Source of the DNA: Candidatus Xenobia bacterium
Lineage (GTDB): Bacteria; Vulcanimicrobiota; Xenobia; Xenobiales; QWHO01
Assembly (NCBI GenBank): GCA_045863235.1
Contig: BTUM01000023.1
Span: forward strand, 26,428 to 90,427
Length of the DNA stretch: 64,000 nucleotides
Direction of reading: 5' to 3'
In this document: positions 47,113-56,322 of the stretch, piece after piece
Numbering within the stretch: position 1 is the first letter of the stretch
Layout: the number at the start of each line of letters is the position of its first letter
The notes under the pieces: generated by a model
The model's input: only the letters and a program-made list of their open reading frames with translations
The model's database searches: none
Told to the model about the DNA's origin: nothing
Program-made: the position numbers and the translations under genes

Positions 47113-47771
47113 AAATGACCTTCACTACCCTTCTCGTCAGCGCCCTGGCTACGGCTTCCGTGCTGGTCAGCGGTTGTTCGGCCGGCAGCGGAGACACCAA
47201 CGCGCTGCGTCCCGGTGGAGCCATCGCCCAGCCGATCATTCCCCCGGGCAACTTCACTCAGGTGGAGCGCCTGGGACGGCCGGCCATCAACGAGGGCCTG
47301 ATCATCACCAACGACTTCCTGAATGCCTTCAATAGCATCCAGCCCAACGCGGACCTCTCCGAGGCGGCCGCCCCTGTGGTGGCCGAGGCTGCCAACACCC
47401 TGGCGGCGGTCCGCCAGGTGGGCATCAACTTCGGGTTCACTCCCCCCACGGTCGCCCAGGTGGCCACCGGCTTCTTGCCCGACGTGATGCGCATCGACAC
47501 CACGAACAACTTCACCCCTGCGCAGTCTGCCTACAACGGCGACTTCGTCCTGGTGAACGGCGACTCGCCCATGCTGACGGGAGGGCGCAAGCTGACCGAC
47601 GACGTGATCGACATCACGCTGTCTTACCTGATTGCGTTTGACACCTCCGGCGCCACAGTGGGAGACAGCGTGCCCTACACGCGTCCGGCGGCTGGCCCCG
47701 GCTCGACCAACCCGGCCATCGGCCACCAGCCGCTGTCGCCGACCTTCCCCTACCTGGCCCCGGCCAACTAA
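47109..47771 (+). CDS. DUF4331-like lipoprotein
   Basis: Lipobox VSGC; QVERLGRPAINE, GGRKLTDDVID, FPYLAPAN. Confidence 0.85.
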   Translation: MKMTFTTLLVSALATASVLVSGCSAGSGDTNALRPGGAIAQPIIPPGNFTQVERLGRPAINEGLIITNDFLNAFNSIQPNADLSEAAAPVVAEAANTLAAVRQVGINFGFTPPTVAQVATGFLPDVMRIDTTNNFTPAQSAYNGDFVLVNGDSPMLTGGRKLTDDVIDITLSYLIAFDTSGATVGDSVPYTRPAAGPGSTNPAIGHQPLSPTFPYLAPAN

Positions 47772-47873
47772 TGTGCTCGCACTTTGGTTTTGCACACTAG
47801 CACAATCTGACGAACGCGCCGGAACTGCGTTCCAGCGCGCTGTAAAGTGCAAGACCAAAGGCCTTGCACTTTA
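47769..47873. repeat. Dispersed three-hairpin element, copy 2
   Basis: Matches 1338-1440 and also begins at a TAA stop codon. Confidence 0.85.
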
Positions 47874-47888
47874 GGACCGGGAAGGGTC

Positions 47889-47918
47889 AAAAGCCCGCTC
47901 GCAAGAGCGGGCTTTTTT
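47889..47918 (+). terminator. Intrinsic terminator
   Basis: AAAAGCCCGCTC-GCAA-GAGCGGGCTTTTTT. Confidence 0.85.
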
Positions 47919-47942
47919 GTTGGGGTGAAGAAACGCTCGAGC

Positions 47943-48302
47943 ATGGCCAAGAATGTACTGGGAACCGACCTCGAGACCTGCTGCACGAATCCCATGACCG
48001 GCTTCTTCCGCGACGGCTGCTGCCACACCGGCCCGGACGACCTGGGGCTGCACCTGGTGTGCGCCCGCATGACGGCCGAGTTCCTGCGCTTCTCGGTGGA
48101 GCGCGGCAATGACCTGGTGACGCCCATCCCCGAGTATGGCTTCCCCGGTCTCAAGCCTGGCGATTGCTGGTGTCTCTGTGTCTTACGCTGGAAAGAGGCC
48201 CTGGAAGCCGGGATGGCCCCGCCGGTCAACTTGAAGGCCACGCACATCTGGGCTCTCGAGCACGTCACGCTCAAGGACCTGCAGGCTCACGCCGAGGTCT
48301 GA
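47943..48302 (+). CDS. DUF2237 family protein
   Basis: NVLGTDLETC, PMTGFFRDGCC, GNDLVTP, LKPGDCWCLC. Confidence 0.9.
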   Translation: MAKNVLGTDLETCCTNPMTGFFRDGCCHTGPDDLGLHLVCARMTAEFLRFSVERGNDLVTPIPEYGFPGLKPGDCWCLCVLRWKEALEAGMAPPVNLKATHIWALEHVTLKDLQAHAEV

Positions 48303-48315
48303 GCTCCCGCGCCAC

Positions 48316-48930
48316 TCAGGGTGCTTCGGCGGGTTGCCCCATCCCCGGCGGCGGAGTCACGGGAGGAGGCGCCCCGACCGTGGTGGCCCCGGTGACCTCG
48401 CCAGGCCCGAAAGCCTGAATCGAGTCCATGGCGGTCTCGAGCTGGCCCACGTCGGCCGGCCCCTGCCAGGCCTTGCGGTGCTGCCCGTCGAACAGGATGT
48501 AGCATTGCACGTCGCTGCCCCCGAGCTGCTGCACACCGACCCGGGCCCCCGGATCGGCCAGCACCAGGTCGGCCGCCGGACTTTGCTCGGCCACCCAGGC
48601 GGCGGCCGCCGTGCGTTCGGCATAGACGATGACGTTCCAGACCGGAACACCGCGCTCAGCAGCCAGGCGAGCGGCCTCGCGGTCCACTGTGCCCACCCGC
48701 GCCAGACAGGGCTGGCAGCCCAGCGAGGTCAGCGTGACCAGCACCGGTCCAGGTTGGTCGGAAAGGCTTCGCTCCTCGCCGGAAACCACGTCTTGCAGGG
48801 TGAAATCCACCGAATCGATCCCGGGCGTAAACGAAACCTTCGGGCTGCTCGAGGGGCGGGAGTTGTAGTAGAGCATGCCGCTTAACGCGCACACCACCAG
48901 GATGAAGATGAAGTCGAGGCTGCGTCTCAT
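48316..48930 (-). CDS. Membrane-anchored thioredoxin-fold protein
   Basis: N-terminal TM helix, DFTLQD, CQPC motif. Confidence 0.7.
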   Translation of the reverse strand: MRRSLDFIFILVVCALSGMLYYNSRPSSSPKVSFTPGIDSVDFTLQDVVSGEERSLSDQPGPVLVTLTSLGCQPCLARVGTVDREAARLAAERGVPVWNVIVYAERTAAAAWVAEQSPAADLVLADPGARVGVQQLGGSDVQCYILFDGQHRKAWQGPADVGQLETAMDSIQAFGPGEVTGATTVGAPPPVTPPPGMGQPAEAP

Positions 48931-50240
48931 GGCGAGGGCTCCGGGGCGGGCTCGGGAACGGGAGGAGTCACAGGTGCCACCTCTTGCTCGAGTCGGTGGG
49001 GATCCATCGTAATCAGGCGCACCCCCCAGCGCCAGGTCAGATAGGCCCAGGCCCAGCGGATGAAGACCTGCACGCGGTTCTGAAAGTCGACGATGTACAT
49101 CAGGTGGATGAAGAGCCAGGCGCACCAGGCCGGAAAGCCCTTCATGGTGATGCCGTGGGTCTCGGCGATGGCGGACGTGCGTCCGATGGTCGCCATGCTG
49201 CCCTTGTCGAAGTAGCGAAAGCTCTGCAGCGGCTGCCCGCGCATCAATCGCAACAGGTTCTTACCCGCCAGGGTGCCTTGTTGCATGGCCACCGGGGCAA
49301 CGCCGGGAAGAGGTTTGCCTTTCTCGTCCAGGTGGGCCATGTCGCCGATGGCAAAGACATTCTGGTGACCCTTCAGGCGCAGGTCTGGCTCGATCATCAC
49401 GCGTCCCGCTCGATCTTGCTCGACGCCCAGTTTCTCCGCCATGTCCGAGCCCCCCACTCCGGCCGCCCAGAGGATGTTGGCGGCCTCGATGGTGCGCTTG
49501 TCGGTGGTCACCTTACCCTGCTCGATCTTTTGAACGCGCTCGGAGAAAAGCACCTCCACGCCCATGCTCTTGAGGCGCTGGCAGGCATAGTCGGAAAGCT
49601 TGGCGGGGTAGGCACCCAGCAGGCGATCGCTCCCCTCGATCAGGATCACCCGGGCTGTCTCGGGCCGGATGTTCTTGAAGTCCCAGCGCAGCACGTAGCG
49701 ACGAAGCTCGGCAAAGGCTCCGGCCAACTCCACCCCGGTGGGCCCACCGCCCACCACGACGAGGGTGGTCAGGCGCTCGATCTCCTTCAGGTCGGTGGAG
49801 CGCTCGGCTCGCTCGAAGCTGTAGAGCACCCGATTACGGATGGTGAGGGCGTCCTGAAGGCTCTTCAGACCGGGAGCGTGCTCGGCCCACTCGTCATGGC
49901 CGAAGTAGGAGGTTCGCCCCCCCATGGCCAGGATCAGGTAGTCGTAGGGCAACTCCATCTTGCCCTCGTCGAGGATGACGCGCTGGCTGGCGTAGTCGAA
50001 TGAAGTCACTTCCCCCATCAAGACCTGAAGGTTCTTCTGTTTCCAGGTGACCGCTCGCACGGCGCTGGAGATCTCGGAGGGGTTGAGGCCAGCGGTGGCG
50101 ACCTGATAGAGCAAAGGCTGAAAGAGGTGGTGGTTCTGCCGGTCCACCATCGTGATGGTGACATCCTTGGCACCCTTCAACGCCCGGGCCGCCGCCAGTC
50201 CCCCGAACCCTGCTCCCACGATGACGACTCTCTTACTCAT
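48927..50240 (-). CDS. ndh: Type II NADH dehydrogenase
   Basis: GAGFGG, FQPLLYQVAT, GGGPTGVELAG, WAAGV, KGSMATIGR. Confidence 0.95.
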   Translation of the reverse strand: MSKRVVIVGAGFGGLAAARALKGAKDVTITMVDRQNHHLFQPLLYQVATAGLNPSEISSAVRAVTWKQKNLQVLMGEVTSFDYASQRVILDEGKMELPYDYLILAMGGRTSYFGHDEWAEHAPGLKSLQDALTIRNRVLYSFERAERSTDLKEIERLTTLVVVGGGPTGVELAGAFAELRRYVLRWDFKNIRPETARVILIEGSDRLLGAYPAKLSDYACQRLKSMGVEVLFSERVQKIEQGKVTTDKRTIEAANILWAAGVGGSDMAEKLGVEQDRAGRVMIEPDLRLKGHQNVFAIGDMAHLDEKGKPLPGVAPVAMQQGTLAGKNLLRLMRGQPLQSFRYFDKGSMATIGRTSAIAETHGITMKGFPAWCAWLFIHLMYIVDFQNRVQVFIRWAWAYLTWRWGVRLITMDPHRLEQEVAPVTPPVPEPAPEPSP

Positions 50241-50497
50241 GCTGGCTCAGTCTTATCCGCCTGAGCCGCCCCCCCTGCTAAACTTCGTCGCCTTGACCGT
50301 GCCACGTGACGTGCGGTGAGAAACTTGTTTCGAACCGCTTCCAAAGTGTTGTGGCACGGGCGATGCGACGAAGTTCAACCTGTTGAGAATTCATCGCACA
50401 GTCAATGCGAGGGAGTGGTGTCGGAGGCAATGGAGGCGGCCGGGTTGAGCGCAGGATGATGCAAAGAGCCCTCTTCGAGGACTTTTGCATCGCTCTG

Positions 50498-50830
50498 CTA
50501 GGCAACCCGATTGCTGAGTACCTCTCCGGAGGAGAAGTCGAAGGCGATCTCCTGGGCCCGGCTGCGGAAAACGGTGCGCAAGATGACCACGCTGGCTCGC
50601 CGATCCAGCACCAGCTGCTGGCCGAGTTGCTCGGGATGACCGAGGACGTAGCGCCGAGGGGCGTCCTGGTCGGTGCTGCAGTCGTCCGACAGGCGCCAGC
50701 CGTCGCGCAGAAGCTGCTTGGGCTGAGCCAGGTAGCGGCGCATCCGCAGAGAGCGCACGTCGGGCAACATGCCCAGCAGGCCGGCTCTCCTCAGTTGCTG
50801 CAACAGTTCCGGGCTCACTTGCGACTTCAT
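50498..50830 (-). CDS. Hypothetical protein
   Basis: GGGAGG RBS; 110 aa; no family recognised. Confidence 0.5.
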   Translation of the reverse strand: MKSQVSPELLQQLRRAGLLGMLPDVRSLRMRRYLAQPKQLLRDGWRLSDDCSTDQDAPRRYVLGHPEQLGQQLVLDRRASVVILRTVFRSRAQEIAFDFSSGEVLSNRVA

Positions 50831-50983
50831 CTCGACCTCCCGAGCGTTCTTTCACCCTCAGGATAGACCCTCGAGGTTCAAACTTTTTTGGGAAAGGCCC
50901 CCTGGAAGATTGCCATCTCGTTAACACTGTGTGAACGACTTGAGCGTCCCAGGAGTTCCCTCTCGCTCTGCGAACCCACGCCC

Positions 50984-52486
50984 ATGCGACGAACCCTCGT
51001 TCTCTGGCTCTTGCTGGCCCTCTGCTCGGCCGCTCAAGAGCGCCCCGTCAAGATCACCTTGTTGCAGCTCAACGACGTCTACACCATCGCTCCCGTCGAC
51101 AAGGGCGGGGTGAACGGCGGCTTTGACAGGGTCGAAACGCTGCGCCAGCGGGCCTTCAAGGAGAACCCCAACAGCATCTTCGTGATGGGAGGCGACACGC
51201 TCTCCCCTTCGGTGGCCTCCAACCTGTTCAAGGGCGCTCAGATGATCGAGGGCTGGAACGCCGTCCATCTGGACGTGGCCGTGCTCGGCAATCACGAGTT
51301 CGACTTCGGAGACGAGGTCTTGCTCGAGCGCATGAAGGAATCCCGCTTCGTCTGGCTCGCTTCCAATGTGCGCAACCGAAAGACCGGTCAGATTTTCGGC
51401 GGCATGCCGGCCACCCTGGTCCGCGAGCTCGGGGGAGTCAAGGTCGGCTTCTTCGGACTTCTGACGCCGGAGACCATACAGACCTCCCGGGCCGGACCGG
51501 ACGTGGAGATCACCGACCCGGTGGCCTGTGCCCGGGCCATGGTGGCCGAATTGCGCGGTCAGGGCTGCCAGGTGGTGGTGGCCATGACCCATCTCAACCT
51601 GGCCGAGGACCTGGAGGTGGCTGCGAAGGTCGAGGGGATCGACGTGATCTGCGGCGGCCACGAGCACACCCTGCTCGGCGGCATGGTGGGGCGCACCCCC
51701 ATCTTCAAGTGGGGCTCGGACGCCCGCATGCTCGGCAAGATCGACCTCACCGTGCAGGGGGGCGGGGTCAAGCACATCGACTGGATCGGCCTGCCGGTCA
51801 ACAAGGACGTTCCCGGCGACCCGGTCGTGTCGGCCATGATCAAGCGCTATGAGGATAAGCTCAACCAGGCCCTGGGTCAGCCCATCGGCACCACCGAGCT
51901 CGAGCTCAACGCCCTGCAGATCGACAACCGCAACATGGAGACCAACCTGGGCGACTTCATCGCCGACTCTTATCGTCGCGCGCTCAACGCCGATGTGGCC
52001 TTCCTCAACGGCGGCTCGATTCGCTCCAACCAGATGCTGCCGGCTGGGACCTTGACCCGGCGCGACATCATGACCGTCCTTCCTTTCGAGAATCCGGTCG
52101 TCAAGGTCGAAATCCCCGGACGCGTGCTACGCCAGGCCATGGAGCACGGTCTCTCGTTGGTGGGATCGGTGCCCGAGGCTGGTCAGTTTCCCCAGGTCTC
52201 GGGCATGGTGATCAAGTATGACGCCCGCAAGCCGCCGGGCTCGCGCATCGTGGAATTCCTGGTGGGGGGCGAGCCACTGCGCGACGATATGCCCTACACG
52301 ATGGCCTCCAACACCTTCGTGCTGGCCGGCGGAGACGGCTACACCATGCTCGAGGGCCTGAAGTTCCTGGTCACCGCCGAGGCGGGTCCGGTCGAGCCGG
52401 CCACCGTCATTCGGGCCATCGAGGCGGCCAAGACCATCGCGCCCCGGGTGGAAGGCCGCATCCTTCGGCTGGATGGAGGGAGGTGA
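50984..52486 (+). CDS. Secreted 5'-nucleotidase / UDP-sugar hydrolase family protein
   Basis: Signal peptide; NDVY, GGD, GNHEFD, GGHEH; 5'-nucleotidase C-domain (NGGSIR, FPQVSG). Confidence 0.92.
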   Translation: MRRTLVLWLLLALCSAAQERPVKITLLQLNDVYTIAPVDKGGVNGGFDRVETLRQRAFKENPNSIFVMGGDTLSPSVASNLFKGAQMIEGWNAVHLDVAVLGNHEFDFGDEVLLERMKESRFVWLASNVRNRKTGQIFGGMPATLVRELGGVKVGFFGLLTPETIQTSRAGPDVEITDPVACARAMVAELRGQGCQVVVAMTHLNLAEDLEVAAKVEGIDVICGGHEHTLLGGMVGRTPIFKWGSDARMLGKIDLTVQGGGVKHIDWIGLPVNKDVPGDPVVSAMIKRYEDKLNQALGQPIGTTELELNALQIDNRNMETNLGDFIADSYRRALNADVAFLNGGSIRSNQMLPAGTLTRRDIMTVLPFENPVVKVEIPGRVLRQAMEHGLSLVGSVPEAGQFPQVSGMVIKYDARKPPGSRIVEFLVGGEPLRDDMPYTMASNTFVLAGGDGYTMLEGLKFLVTAEAGPVEPATVIRAIEAAKTIAPRVEGRILRLDGGR

Positions 52487-52492
52487 CAGGCC

Positions 52493-53518
52493 ATGACGAT
52501 CCGATTGACCTCGCTGAGCTCCTGCGCGGGTTGAGCCTCCAAGATCCGGCCTGAGGATCTGGAGCAGGTTCTGCCCCATCTGGACTTGAGACCCGACCCT
52601 CGCATTCTGGTCGGGAGAGATTTCGCCGACGACGCCGTGGTGGTCCGGGCCGGCAGCGACACGCTGTTGGTGCAGACGCTCGACTTCTTCACGCCCGTCG
52701 TGGACGACCCTTACCACTATGGCAAGATCGCGGCCGCCAACTCGCTGTCGGACGTCTACGCCATGGGGGGGCGACCGCTCACGGCCATGAACATCGTCTG
52801 CTTTCCCACCCGCAAGCTGGGCACCGAGGTGCTCAACGACATCCTGCGCGGGGGGCTGGAGAAGGTGCAGGAAGCCGGTGCGATGCTGGCAGGCGGCCAT
52901 ACGGTGGAGGATGCCGAGCCCAAGTTCGGCCTTTCGGTCACCGGCCTGGTGCAAGAGGACGAGCTGGTGACCAAGGGAGGACTGACTCCGGGGCAGGTGC
53001 TGATCCTGACCAAACCGGTCGGAGTGGGCGTCTTGACCACCGCCCTCAAGCGGGGCGAGCTGAGCGACGAGCTGCTGGAGATCGCCGTGGCCAGCATGGA
53101 GCTTCTGAACGCAGCGGCCCGAGACGTCATGGTGCGGGCCGGAGCCCAGGGTGGCACCGACATCACCGGCTACGGCCTGCTCGGCCATGCCATGGAGATG
53201 GCTCGCGCCTCTCGGGTGGCTCTGACCTTCGAGTCGGCTCGAGTACCCCTGCTGCCGGGAGCCGTCGACCTGCGACGGGCAGGGTGCTTTCCCGGCGGCT
53301 CGGCCGCCAACCGCGTCTGGCTCGAGAGCTCGGGCCGCCTGCACTGGGAAGATTCGGCCCCCGACGTGCTGCGCGACCTGTTGTGCGATGCTCAGACCTC
53401 GGGCGGGCTCTTGTTCGGGGTGAGCCCGGAGCGAGTGAGCGAGGTGCTCGCCGAGCTGCCCGGGGCGGCCGTGGTGGGCCACACCGAAGCAGGTGAGCCA
53501 GCCATCCGAGTCGTTTGA
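52493..53518 (+). CDS. selD: Selenide, water dikinase; selenoprotein (Sec at codon 14)
   Basis: MTIRLTSLSSCAG-TGA-ASK continues in frame into DDAVV, DFFTPVVDDP, ANSLSDVYAMGG, DAQTSGGLL; GGAGG RBS; the ORF track misses the N-terminus. Confidence 0.95.
52536..52565 (+). promoter_or_regulatory. Putative bacterial SECIS hairpin
   Basis: CTCC-A-AGATCC-GGCCTGA-GGATCT-GGAG directly 3' of the TGA at 52532-52534. Confidence 0.7.
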
Positions 53519-53540
53519 GCATCACTCTGCCAGAAACACG

Positions 53541-53566
53541 AAAGCCACCCGGTGAGGGGTGGCTTT
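53541..53566. terminator. Hairpin terminator, possibly bidirectional
   Basis: AAAGCCACCC-N6-GGGTGGCTTT between the selD end and the putative ncRNA end. Confidence 0.7.
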
Positions 53567-54238
53567 GCGACCCGGCTCCATCCTCACCGGGCACTCCTGG
53601 TGCAACCTGCAGTCGGTGGTCGGCTTGCGCCGAACGCTTCTCCTCACGGTCCCGACCCGGTTCCAGGCCCGCCTCGCTTTGACCACGCAGTCGAGGCCCT
53701 GCTCCGTGCTCAGGTCTGCACGTTACCCCTGCCAGGTCTCGGTCTCTGGCAGCCCGCCGGCTCTCTCGCTCGCCGGGGCGGCCGACTCTACGTTCTGTGT
53801 CGGCATCTTGCTCGGCTCGATGGTTAGTCGAGCCGGGCGTCTCAGCTCTTCTCCGCAGCTAAGACCCTGCGGCGTAACTCTGGTATGCACGCTACCCCTG
53901 CCGACTTTCGAGCGGCAGACCGTCCGGTTCTCTCGCTTCCCGGGGCGCCGACGAGCACGACTCGTCGGTGTATACCAGCCAAGGCTGGAAGCCGGCCCCA
54001 TTCCTCACCGGCACTTCCTGGTCCAACTTGCTCGGGGACACCTTGCGGTGTGCTGAACCTCGCGGTCCCGAACTCGTCCCAGGCCTGCCTCGATCCGTAA
54101 CGCGGTCGAGACACCGCGGCGTGCTCGGTCTGCACGCTACCCCTGCCAGGTTCGGTCTCTGGCAGCCCGCCGGTTTCTTTCGCTCACCGGTGCGTCGGCT
54201 TGTCGTTTCGCCGATTCGGTCAACGTCGCCGTCGACAA
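53567..54238 (-). ncRNA. Putative large structured ncRNA with three related domains
   Basis: Three copies of GGCAGGGGTARCGTGCA and of the CCGG-NRAGCGARAGAR-CCGG hairpin; stems kept while loops vary; flanked by promoter and terminator; no credible ORF. Confidence 0.65.
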
Positions 54239-54242
54239 CCGG

Positions 54243-54272
54243 ACTATAACCGCAGGTCGGTCAGGGTGTCAA
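54243..54272 (-). promoter_or_regulatory. Sigma70-type promoter
   Basis: TTGACA (54272-54267), 18-bp spacer, TATAGT (54248-54243) on the minus strand. Confidence 0.7.
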
Positions 54273-54494
54273 TCCCGAACAAACTGTTCGCTCCCCCGCA
54301 TGAAGCCTTCGATCCAGGCGTGGTGGGGAGAAGAATCTTCTTCACCGGGGCTTGAATCGAAATCTTGTTCTAACGGTTCTGATCTCCTGAAGCGCGCAAC
54401 TGTGAAATCCGCTTGAACGGAAAGCGCACGGTTCCTGATCGGAACCGCGCGCTCTTCGGGTCAGCGATCGGTTGGCCCGAAACCCCGGTTGAGC

Positions 54495-55259
54495 TCAGGG
54501 GGCAAGCCGGGTCTTCAGCTCGAGCACGGTGTCGCTGCGGCTCGGAATGATGATCGAGCCCCCCAGCGTGACGGTTTGCTCGGTGCTGCTCACGGTCTTC
54601 TGCCAGATCGGCACCCCCGTGGCGCGGTCGACGTGCATCGTCCACTCCACCTTGCTCTGCGATGAGGTCGCGGCGCCCGGACCCTGGCCCTGGGAGGTGA
54701 GCTGGAGCGAAAACTCCAGCACAGCCAGTTTCTCGTCCAGGCTCACCAGTTTGCCGGTGCCCAGAAGTCGGGTCTGGATGGGTAGCTTCTTCGAGTCGAT
54801 GGCCACCGTGCCCGTGGTCGTCTGCTCCACCGGCCAGCTTTCGCCCACAGCTACGTTCCGTAGCGGAAAGAGTGCAGGCTGGTCGACCATTCCAGGCGGA
54901 CCCCCTTCGGCCACCATTTTCTGCTCGTAGAGCTTGGAGATGGTCAGATGCCAGTGTCCCGGTGGAGCGAGATTCACCGGATCTCCGGTGCGATTCCACT
55001 TGCGAACCTGGCGCACCAGGGCCAGGGTTCCGGCCAGATCGCGCTCGTCGACCAGGTCTTCCCAGAGCAGATCCTGCTCTTCGGCCGAGTTGACCTCGCC
55101 GGTGGGCAGCTTTAGCCAGCTCTTCACGCTCAGGTGGCCTTCGGTCAGCCAGGTCGTCTTTGGCTCGGGGTGATAGCGGATCTGGACCCTGGCAGCTTCC
55201 GTCGCGGCCAGCAGAGGCAAGGCCAGAATGGCCAGGAATAACAACATGCTCTTTCTCAT
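54495..55259 (-). CDS. Secreted beta-rich hypothetical protein
   Basis: Signal peptide; ATGA overlap with the upstream gene. Confidence 0.7.
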   Translation of the reverse strand: MRKSMLLFLAILALPLLAATEAARVQIRYHPEPKTTWLTEGHLSVKSWLKLPTGEVNSAEEQDLLWEDLVDERDLAGTLALVRQVRKWNRTGDPVNLAPPGHWHLTISKLYEQKMVAEGGPPGMVDQPALFPLRNVAVGESWPVEQTTTGTVAIDSKKLPIQTRLLGTGKLVSLDEKLAVLEFSLQLTSQGQGPGAATSSQSKVEWTMHVDRATGVPIWQKTVSSTEQTVTLGGSIIIPSRSDTVLELKTRLAP

Positions 55260-56215
55260 CGGACCGTCCCCCTGTCCACAGGTTTGGGCCCCGTCTTGGG
55301 CGTTGCTGGCACCTTGGGCGGACCGAGCGCGGGGCTTCCGGTCGGACCGCTGTAGTAGCCCGGGCCATGCACCGACTCAGGGTTGCCGTTCTGGGTCTGA
55401 TGCGGGTCGAGCACGATGATCAGGTTCGGGTTCCGGGTCGACTGAATGGCGGCCATGTTGTGCTCGCTGTTTCCGGTGCCCACCGCGATCACGAGGCCGG
55501 TCGTACCGCCCACCAGGGTGCCCAGAGGGCCGGCCATGGCAGTGCCGGCGCCCGCCCCTTTGACAACCAGGATCATTGCGATGGGGGCGCCGCCGTAAGC
55601 CCCGTACTGCCGAATCGCACCCGGCACCCAGTTATAGGTATGGACCGTGAAGGGACGATTGCCGCCGGTGTGAGGCCCGAGCGCATTGACGGCCTGCTCG
55701 GACATGTCGGCGCAACCACGCTTGTAAGGATCGCCGCCGCCGATGGCGCTCAGAGAGTTGAGGAAGTTGCGCATGTCACCGCCAGCCGAGTCCCATGTGC
55801 GGGGATTGTCCTTGACATAGTTGTTGATGGCGGTCTGGTAGGTCGTCAGCAGGTTGCCCAGGTTGGTCAGCTCCGATCCGGTGAGCCCGTTCAGAACCTG
55901 CTGCAAAGCCGGGTCGTTGGCTGCCTGGTTGGCCAGGTTGCCCAGCGGCGAGTCAGGATTGTTCTGAAGCCAGTCGCTGAAGTTGCCAACCGGCTCCTCG
56001 GTTTCCCCTTCCTCTCCCTCGGTCTGGCCGGCACCCTCCCCGTCCCCGTTCTCCATACCCGGGCCCAGGATGGGGGGAGGGCCGCCCGGGCCGGACGGAG
56101 GCCCTGATGGGCCGGGATTGCACGGCCCCGAGCCGGGAGGGCAATTCTGCCCGCTGACCGGGGCCAGCAGGGCCAGGGCCAGCACCACGGTTCCCAGAAT
56201 TGTGCGAAGTTGCAT
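55256..56215 (-). CDS. Secreted Gly/Pro-rich protein with possible Cys-His-Asp triad
   Basis: GGAGG RBS; signal peptide; GCADMS, EHNMAAI and IVLDPH motifs. Confidence 0.7.
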   Translation of the reverse strand: MQLRTILGTVVLALALLAPVSGQNCPPGSGPCNPGPSGPPSGPGGPPPILGPGMENGDGEGAGQTEGEEGETEEPVGNFSDWLQNNPDSPLGNLANQAANDPALQQVLNGLTGSELTNLGNLLTTYQTAINNYVKDNPRTWDSAGGDMRNFLNSLSAIGGGDPYKRGCADMSEQAVNALGPHTGGNRPFTVHTYNWVPGAIRQYGAYGGAPIAMILVVKGAGAGTAMAGPLGTLVGGTTGLVIAVGTGNSEHNMAAIQSTRNPNLIIVLDPHQTQNGNPESVHGPGYYSGPTGSPALGPPKVPATPKTGPKPVDRGTVR

Positions 56216-56322
56216 GGCGATCAACCTCCGATCGCCCTCAGCATAGGCAAAGCTGCAACCGCCAGAAATGATCGGGATCAGTCCCGGCAGGTCGCTCCTC
56301 GACCCGCAGCCAAGCAACCGGC

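Noticed and set aside
53567..54238. CRISPR array, tandem riboswitch or tRNA-Sec
   Set aside because: Units are long and unevenly spaced with no cas genes; no downstream gene on the same strand; no recognisable aptamer core or UCA-anticodon cloverleaf.
53559..54249. Short ORFs across the repeat region (e.g. 53559-54056 +)
   Set aside because: No codon bias or protein-like composition; indels between the repeats do not preserve frame.
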